From IMG/VR virus record IMGVR_UViG_3300017971_000238: a stretch of 28,815 nucleotides of DNA. One strand, written 5' to 3'. This document shows, in pieces, positions 1 to 4,694 of this stretch (position 1 is its first letter; each line of letters starts with the position of its first letter). This stretch comes from an uncultured virus (IMG/VR IMGVR_UViG_3300017971_000238). Its lineage: Duplodnaviria > Heunggongvirae > Uroviricota > Caudoviricetes. Below the pieces are notes generated by a model that worked only from the letters and a program-made list of their open reading frames with translations, made no database searches and was not told where the DNA came from. The position numbers were made by a program, and so were the translations under genes.

Positions 1-113
1 TCTTCGATGAGGAGGACGAGGTCCTGTTGGGCGCGGTAGATGCCGGGCAGTTCCTCGTTATCTAGGAGGGCGGAGAATTCCTCGGCGGCGATTTTCGCCA
101 ATTGGTTTTTCAT
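1..113 (-). CDS. Hypothetical protein, 5' part only (runs off the window)
   Basis: Not in the ORF track. ATG at 113 lies 6 nt after box B (120-130) and reads MKNQLAKIAAEEFSALLDNEELPGIYRAQQDLVLLIE with no stop before position 1. Confidence 0.75.
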   Translation of the reverse strand, partial: MKNQLAKIAAEEFSALLDNEELPGIYRAQQDLVLLIE

Positions 114-119
114 GGTGTG

Positions 120-247
120 CTCAACTCGTGCGGGATGCCAGAGTGGATGCATTACGGGGACGCACGACGGCTTTGCGGGGACACGTTGCCTTACCATGCA
201 CGGACCCGTCTTTCCCGTGCATTCACTCTGGTATTTTCACCCGTGAA
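120..247 (-). promoter_or_regulatory. Intergenic cassette element U1 (box B, 105-nt hairpin insert, box A)
   Basis: CTCAACTCGTG at 120-130 and TTCACCCGTGAA at 236-247. A 17-bp stem pairs 135-151 with 218-234 (ATGCCAGAGTGGATGCA/TGCATTCACTCTGGTAT), with inner stems. Confidence 0.8.
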
Positions 248-265
248 TTAGAGAAGGGAAAAAGA

Positions 266-826
266 TTAAAGATGGAGGGAATGCGCCTCGAGGAGGGCGA
301 TTATGTATCGGGTGGTGATGCCCTCGCGGATGCGCTTGATTATGTGGGCGACTTCCTCCTCGGGAAACATGTTGTCGAGCTCGTCGAAGGCGCTGTCGAG
401 AAGTTCTTTCTCGTGGTCTACATAGCAGGTGTTCCCGTGAATAGGGCGGGAGCACTGCGGGCAGCGGTTGATGCGCTCGATGAGATGGCACGAGGGGCAG
501 TAGAGAACCTCGCCGCCTTGAATGTGTACGGGAGTGAGGGGGGAATGGGCGCATGATGCGCACTTGAGGGCGACGGGCTTCGTGTATCGAACGCCCTCTT
601 GAAGGCGAGAAATGTCCTTGGGAGACATTTCTACCTTGTCTCCCGGTTCCACGTCCCAGAAGAGGCGGTCCCGTTGTATTTTCTTGGAGCGATGGCCCGT
701 TGATTTCTTGGGAGTGGTGGTACGTGTCGGCTTGGCGGTCTCCTCGACGAGGCGCAGGAGGTAGGCGATTTTTTGCTCGTCGTCGGTGAAGGTGGCGAGC
801 TTGTCGGATATTTGTTTCCTGTTCAT
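266..826 (-). CDS. Zn-finger protein (186 aa; CASC, CPSC, CPQC, CxxxH)
   Basis: Start re-called to ATG 826, 4 nt after box B (831-841). The ORF-track extension to 1171 overlaps the next gene. Three CxxC motifs plus C-x3-H. Confidence 0.8.
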   Translation of the reverse strand: MNRKQISDKLATFTDDEQKIAYLLRLVEETAKPTRTTTPKKSTGHRSKKIQRDRLFWDVEPGDKVEMSPKDISRLQEGVRYTKPVALKCASCAHSPLTPVHIQGGEVLYCPSCHLIERINRCPQCSRPIHGNTCYVDHEKELLDSAFDELDNMFPEEEVAHIIKRIREGITTRYIIALLEAHSLHL

Positions 827-830
827 GGTA

Positions 831-866
831 CTCAACTCGTGGTGAGGTGGTGCTTTCACCCGTGAA
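831..866 (-). promoter_or_regulatory. Intergenic cassette element U2
   Basis: CTCAACTCGTG 831-841; hairpin GGTGAGG-TGGTGC-TTTCACC; TTCACCCGTGAA 855-866; purine tract (U-tract on the mRNA) 867-890. Confidence 0.8.
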
Positions 867-891
867 TTAAAATGGAAAAATAAAGAGGGAT

Positions 892-1746
892 TTAGTTTTC
901 GACGAGGAACTTGAAGGCGTCGTGCTGTTCCTCGTAGGCGTCTTTCTTTCGCTGGCGACTTTCTTTCGTGGAAGAGGTTCGGTGCAAGAGATGGAGGCCC
1001 GTCTCGTTGAGGACATTCCACTTGTCGCCCAACTGGAGGGCGATGCCTCGGTAGAGGAGGTATTGGGTGCAGTAGTGCAGGATTTTCCAGAGGTCGACGG
1101 GTTCCCGGGGTTGCTTGTCCGCATCCTTGTCGTTGTTGTACTTCTTGAGGTCGGTGTTGTACTCGGCCCACTTTTTCTGGGCCGCCTTCACGGCATCGAA
1201 TGCCTCGAGTGGCCCGAGCTTTTTGTAGAGGGCCTTGATAGCGGCCTCGCGGTTGGACTTGATGGTGAGGTCCTCGTTGAGGGCGTCTAGCTCGAAGATG
1301 GGAGGCGTGGGCATCGAATCAACGGAGCGCATCCCGCTCGGGTCGTACTCGGAATAGACCCACTTGGTTATCATGGCCTCGGTGATGATTTCCGCTTCGA
1401 TGGCTTCCACTGCCCACATGATCTGTGAAAATTTGGGCACTAGGAAGTCAAAGAACGAACCGTCGTTCATTATGAGCTCGGATGCGATGGCGAGGGACAG
1501 TTTTTGCATGTCCCCGGTGTTGTAGGCCTCGATAGCAGCGCTGAGGCGGTCGGCTTGGTCTAGCTGGATGATTTTCTTACCCCAAGTGCGCCCGCTGTAG
1601 AGCTCGGCGGGTGATAGGTTGTACGTTTCACCAGCGACGGTGATGGACGAGACGAAATAACTGAGGGCGGCGAGTAGCTCTTCCTTGTTGATGGTGCGGT
1701 CCTCGCTCATTATAGAGGAGGTGAATGTTTCTTGATAGGTGTCCAT
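892..1746 (-). CDS. Hypothetical protein (284 aa, predicted mostly helical)
   Basis: Long ORF with ATG 6 nt after box B (1753-1763). No family recognised. Confidence 0.85.
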   Translation of the reverse strand: MDTYQETFTSSIMSEDRTINKEELLAALSYFVSSITVAGETYNLSPAELYSGRTWGKKIIQLDQADRLSAAIEAYNTGDMQKLSLAIASELIMNDGSFFDFLVPKFSQIMWAVEAIEAEIITEAMITKWVYSEYDPSGMRSVDSMPTPPIFELDALNEDLTIKSNREAAIKALYKKLGPLEAFDAVKAAQKKWAEYNTDLKKYNNDKDADKQPREPVDLWKILHYCTQYLLYRGIALQLGDKWNVLNETGLHLLHRTSSTKESRQRKKDAYEEQHDAFKFLVEN

Positions 1747-1752
1747 TTTTAA

Positions 1753-1796
1753 CTCAACTCGTGTGCGGTGGGTTAGACCGCGATTTCACCCGTGTA
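1753..1796 (-). promoter_or_regulatory. Intergenic cassette element U3
   Basis: CTCAACTCGTG 1753-1763; GCGGT/ACCGC hairpin; TTCACCCGTGTA 1785-1796; purine/A tract 1801-1821. Confidence 0.8.
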
Positions 1797-1836
1797 TACG
1801 AAATGGAGGGGAGAAAAAAAATTACTTGAAAATAAA

Positions 1837-2100
1837 TCACGGGACGCGTTTTCCGGCAATTCGGGATGGGGAGACAGTGATCCCGGTAAGCAACCAGCGC
1901 TGGATGGTCTCGCCGGCTGCGTTACAGGTTTTCACCTCGCAGTGGAGGTGGCCGCCGATCCAGCAATCTGGATCGACGTAGATCACGATCGAGGGATACT
2001 CGCACGATCCCAACCCCTCGATCTCAAGTATTACGTCGTAATACTCGAGTGTGGCGTGTTGGACGTGCAAATCGTCCAACTGTTCCAAAGGTGTGTTCAT
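1837..2100 (-). CDS. Hypothetical protein (87 aa)
   Basis: ATG 6 nt after box B (2107-2117); fits the cassette pattern. Confidence 0.75.
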   Translation of the reverse strand: MNTPLEQLDDLHVQHATLEYYDVILEIEGLGSCEYPSIVIYVDPDCWIGGHLHCEVKTCNAAGETIQRWLLTGITVSPSRIAGKRVP

Positions 2101-2106
2101 GTTTTT

Positions 2107-2211
2107 CTCAACTCGTGATGGTGGTGCCCGTTTTTAACGACCCGGTGCATGGTCGTCTCCCTCCCGTCCTAAATGGGCGGGAGATGGGAGAAAAAGGGAA
2201 AAAGGGGAGAA
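2107..2211 (-). promoter_or_regulatory. Intergenic cassette element U4 (box A degenerate)
   Basis: CTCAACTCGTG 2107-2117. Only a CCCGT core of box A remains, inside the hairpin CTCCCGTCC-TAAAT-GGGCGGGAG (2161-2183). A long purine tract runs to 2211. Confidence 0.65.
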
Positions 2212-2454
2212 TTATAATTCCTCGCCGCATTCAGGGCAACAGGCGGCGTCCCCGTGAGCTTCCTTGAACAGCTCGCGGATATGGAACAGGGCGTCGCAGT
2301 GTGGACAGAATGCGTGGGCTTCTGCGATTTCATCGTAGGGCTGGATGATGAAGTCGCAGTATCGGCAGTACGTGTATAGCGGGTCTTCTATGCAGACCCG
2401 TGCAACCCGGGTGGGGGTGCGCCCGCACCCGAAACATTTTTTTGGCTCCTGCAT
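2212..2454 (-). CDS. Small multi-Zn-finger protein (80 aa, four CxxC)
   Basis: MQEPKKCFGC...CRYC...CPHC...CPEC; ATG 2454 lies 7 nt after box B (2462-2472). Confidence 0.8.
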   Translation of the reverse strand: MQEPKKCFGCGRTPTRVARVCIEDPLYTYCRYCDFIIQPYDEIAEAHAFCPHCDALFHIRELFKEAHGDAACCPECGEEL

Positions 2455-2461
2455 GGTTGGT

Positions 2462-2698
2462 CTCAACTCGTGGTGGTGGGGCCCGACAAATTAGAATTGA
2501 TTCAATAATATCTCCCAAAACAGCTTAATTATAAGCTGGGTACAGGGATTTTATTGAATCGTTTCGGAGGGGACCCGATAAGAGGTGCAGTGCCCAAGAA
2601 AACGCCATTTTATCTGGTAGCTCACCACGTGGTGAGGAGGATAAACGGGGATGGTAGTGGGCACTTAAGCCAGACTCGTTCTGGACTTCACCCGTGCA
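2462..2698 (-). promoter_or_regulatory. Intergenic cassette element U5 with a 214-nt multi-stem insert (ncRNA candidate)
   Basis: Box B 2462-2472 and box A TTCACCCGTGCA 2687-2698. Stems at 2499-2508/2551-2560, 2521-2527/2532-2538 and 2589-2596/2658-2665, plus a 16-bp palindrome at 2621-2636. Confidence 0.75.
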
Positions 2699-2700
2699 TT

Positions 2701-2713
2701 AAAAGAAAAAAAA
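2701..2713 (-). terminator. Archaeal-type oligo-U terminator (representative; similar tracts follow the other left-arm genes)
   Basis: TTTTTTTTCTTTT on the - strand directly after the stop at 2714. Similar pyrimidine tracts at about 250-265, 867-890, 1801-1821, 2186-2211 and 2891-2902. Confidence 0.6.
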
Positions 2714-2851
2714 TTAAATGTAGTGGTTGAGGAGCATCTGTACTATCTCCTCACGGGATAAATGGGGTAAATCTATCGAAAGCGAATCAACAAGCTCCTC
2801 TGGATTACACTGGAGCGCCGATTCTAGCGCTATGTAATCAACTGGTTTCAT
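2714..2851 (-). CDS. Small hypothetical protein (45 aa)
   Basis: Below the ORF-track cut-off. Reads MKPVDYIALESALQCNPEELVDSLSIDLPHLSREEIVQMLLNHYI; preceded by a box B variant (2857-2865) and followed by a U-tract. Confidence 0.7.
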   Translation of the reverse strand: MKPVDYIALESALQCNPEELVDSLSIDLPHLSREEIVQMLLNHYI

Positions 2852-2856
2852 TTTTA

Positions 2857-2888
2857 TCAACTCGTTCTAGGTGAAATTCACCCGTGAA
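2857..2888 (-). promoter_or_regulatory. Intergenic cassette element U6
   Basis: TCAACTCGT 2857-2865; hairpin GGTGA-AAT-TCACC; box A 2877-2888 extended to the perfect AATTCAC-CC-GTGAATT. Confidence 0.8.
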
Positions 2889-2905
2889 TTAAAAGAAAGA
2901 AATTT

Positions 2906-2922
2906 TAGATAGACTGTGTGGC
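2906..2922 (-). repeat. Inverted copy of the GCCACACAGYCTATCTA motif
   Basis: Reverse complement GCCACACAGTCTATCTA matches 4005-4021 at 16/17 positions. Confidence 0.7.
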
Positions 2923-2925
2923 AGC

Positions 2926-3078
2926 CTAGAGATCCAATTGTTGAAACCTTTCGGAGATTAAAGCTTTCAACATGGAACATTCTAGCTTGTCCCATGAGTT
3001 ATCGCGTTGTTGGTGAAATTCAAATTCACCAACAAGAGATATAATATCATCTATCAAGATTTCGATTTCTCTAACCAT
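2926..3078 (-). CDS. Small hypothetical protein (50 aa)
   Basis: MVREIEILIDDIISLVGEFEF...; start re-called to ATG 3078 with RBS AGGTGA (3089-3084). Confidence 0.65.
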   Translation of the reverse strand: MVREIEILIDDIISLVGEFEFHQQRDNSWDKLECSMLKALISERFQQLDL

Positions 3079-3088
3079 GTGATTCACC

Positions 3089-3346
3089 TTAAGGTGTGAA
3101 ATGCGTGAAATGCTTGTCTTGGGAGATTTTTTCGATGCGTGGATAATCATTCCACGCATATGCGGTAATGCGGTATTCAGTTGCTTTTGTTTTGCGGCTG
3201 GAGCGCTTTCTGCGCTCAAGATACTCAAAAATATCACCACTGATGCCCGCTTTTGCGGGCACCTTGATGATACCGCCCGAAACGGGCGTCGCTTTATGTC
3301 GGGTAACAATTTTACCCGAATCTAACTCGAAAACTTGTTTAGGCAT
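3089..3346 (-). CDS. Basic hypothetical protein (85 aa); doubtful, overlaps five strong hairpins
   Basis: ATG with GGGTGA upstream and a stop abutting the next RBS. However, the span is packed with perfect inverted repeats and may instead be a structured non-coding insert. Confidence 0.4.
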   Translation of the reverse strand: MPKQVFELDSGKIVTRHKATPVSGGIIKVPAKAGISGDIFEYLERRKRSSRKTKATEYRITAYAWNDYPRIEKISQDKHFTHFTP

Positions 3347-3360
3347 GATGATTCACCCGT

Positions 3361-3845
3361 AGATGAGGAGAAAGCCCGTGATAGTTATTACTTCTCACGG
3401 GCGCACGTTTTTTTTCACGGGTAAAGGAGGATTTGAACCTCCGCGTGATATGCGCGGTAATGCATATCGGGTGCGTAGAAAACGTGCAAACTACAAACGA
3501 GTGAGTTTGTAGCCTTTACATTACTCTTCCCGTGCCCCGTGCTCACCCGCCCGACATTTCGCTCTTCTCCTAGGCAGGACTACAGCCTAGGCAGGGCGTT
3601 GAGTCTCATCTCTATCCTCTTCAATTGCAACTACTACTGTTTTAGACCGCGACACTGCTCCGCCAAGGCTGATAGTAAGCAGGCATGCTTAGCTAGGTGG
3701 CGATCGGTATGCTTTCGCTGCACTAATCACAAGGACGCACGAGGCAACTGCTTAACGCAACTAGCGCTAACGGGCGCACTTTCTACGGGAGTGCGGCACG
3801 CTAACGCCTAGTACGAGCAATTGAGATACGCACAAGACAAGAGGA
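3361..3845. ncRNA. Candidate large structured non-coding element containing a tRNA-like T-arm
   Basis: Stems at 3374-3381/3395-3402, 3403-3411/3479-3487, 3426-3430/3438-3442, 3447-3453/3462-3468, 3491-3498/3505-3512, 3361-3367/3605-3611, 3621-3628/3817-3824 and 3775-3795. No credible ORF. Confidence 0.5.
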
Positions 3846-3928
3846 CTTGATTTTGTGTCCCAATTACTAAATAAAGTATAGTCTTTCTTGAATTTAAGAA
3901 TTGTGAATGCGAACCTCAGAATTTTGCA

Positions 3929-4021
3929 GCCACACAGCCTGTGGATGCATTCTATGAATCGACACTGTTTCTCAAAATTAATTTTTTAATTTTCAAATTC
4001 TCAAGCCACACAGCCTATCTA
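3929..4021 (+). repeat. Direct repeat GCCACACAGCCT (3929-3940, 4005-4016) around an AT-rich stretch
   Basis: Exact 12-bp direct repeat upstream of the terS promoter; a third, inverted copy is at 2906-2922. Confidence 0.7.
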
Positions 4022-4140
4022 TGCAAAAGAATGCTTTTTTAGAAAGCAACGAGGTTAGTTCCCCATCCACCACCGCGCTATCCAAATACATTCGGGCTAA
4101 TCTGGAGGTCCAGTCCCCCACGGGACACCACCACGAGAAT

Positions 4141-4152
4141 AACATTTATATA
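4141..4152 (+). promoter_or_regulatory. Putative archaeal promoter (TATA box) of the packaging/morphogenesis operon
   Basis: AACA-TTTATATA, preceded by purine-rich GAGAAT, about 35-40 nt upstream of ATG 4185. The same AACATTTATA recurs at 10102-10111. Confidence 0.65.
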
Positions 4153-4184
4153 CGCTGGTTCCCACCATCTCCTTGAAAATCGCC

Positions 4185-4694
4185 ATGTCCAAGTCCAAAC
4201 CGCTCCGCATCCACGTGCCCGAGGCGCCCGCCCTCGCTCCCGCCACCGCCCGAAAGGCGCTTGCAGAGATTCGTGCGGAACCTCTCCACCAATCTGTCAA
4301 TCCTGATGACCCGCGCCAGAAACAGATCACGGTGCATCCCGTTCTCATCGACGTGGTCACCAACGCGCCCATCGACACGCTTCAGGAAGCCCAGCAAATC
4401 TACGCGGTCACGAAAAACGTCGCCATGGACATGCTCGCCGAATCCCACAAAAAAGGCAAGACCGACCCGCAACTTCTTGGCTGGGTGAAAGAAACTCGTG
4501 AACAACTCAAGCTCATCCACTCGATGACTTCCGGCTTCCAGCAGAAAGTATCCCTCAAGAAAATCGAACTCATGGCAACGTTCATCAATTCGAGCTCCGA
4601 CCTTCGTGACGAGTTCAAGATACAAATGATAAAAGAGCTCGAACAGGTGGAGGCGGCACGCGAATTACCACAACCAATGGAGATTGAAGAATGA
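4185..4694 (+). CDS. terS: Putative terminase small subunit (169 aa)
   Basis: Directly upstream of terL and overlapping it (ATGA); size and helical character fit. No diagnostic motif. Confidence 0.55.
   Translation: MSKSKPLRIHVPEAPALAPATARKALAEIRAEPLHQSVNPDDPRQKQITVHPVLIDVVTNAPIDTLQEAQQIYAVTKNVAMDMLAESHKKGKTDPQLLGWVKETREQLKLIHSMTSGFQQKVSLKKIELMATFINSSSDLRDEFKIQMIKELEQVEAARELPQPMEIEE

Noticed and set aside
827..1171. N-terminal extension of ORF 266..1171
   Set aside because: It overlaps gene 892-1746 in another frame and crosses element U2; ATG 826 has the conserved box B.
120..2888. CRISPR array or mini-array interpretation of the repeated boxes
   Set aside because: The repeats are only 11-12 bp, the spacing is highly irregular, and whole genes lie between units.
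119..2890. Canonical integron attC array
   Set aside because: Only one end matches RYYYAAC/GTTRRRY, and only in three of six units. The other end lacks the complementary core, L/R spacing is non-canonical, and no integrase is in the window. Kept only as an analogy.
3158..3463. Repeat ATATGC(GC)GGTAATGC at 3158-3171 and 3448-3463
   Set aside because: Only two short imperfect copies; may be a recurring loop motif of the structured region but cannot be separated from chance.
3414..3548. Functional tRNA gene (including suppressor, Sec or Pyl)
   Set aside because: The T-arm is canonical, but there is no proper D-loop, 5-bp anticodon stem or CCA, and the acceptor pairing is ambiguous.
3539..3811. 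90-aa + strand ORF
   Set aside because: GTG start without an RBS, unnatural composition, and it lies in the hairpin-dense region.
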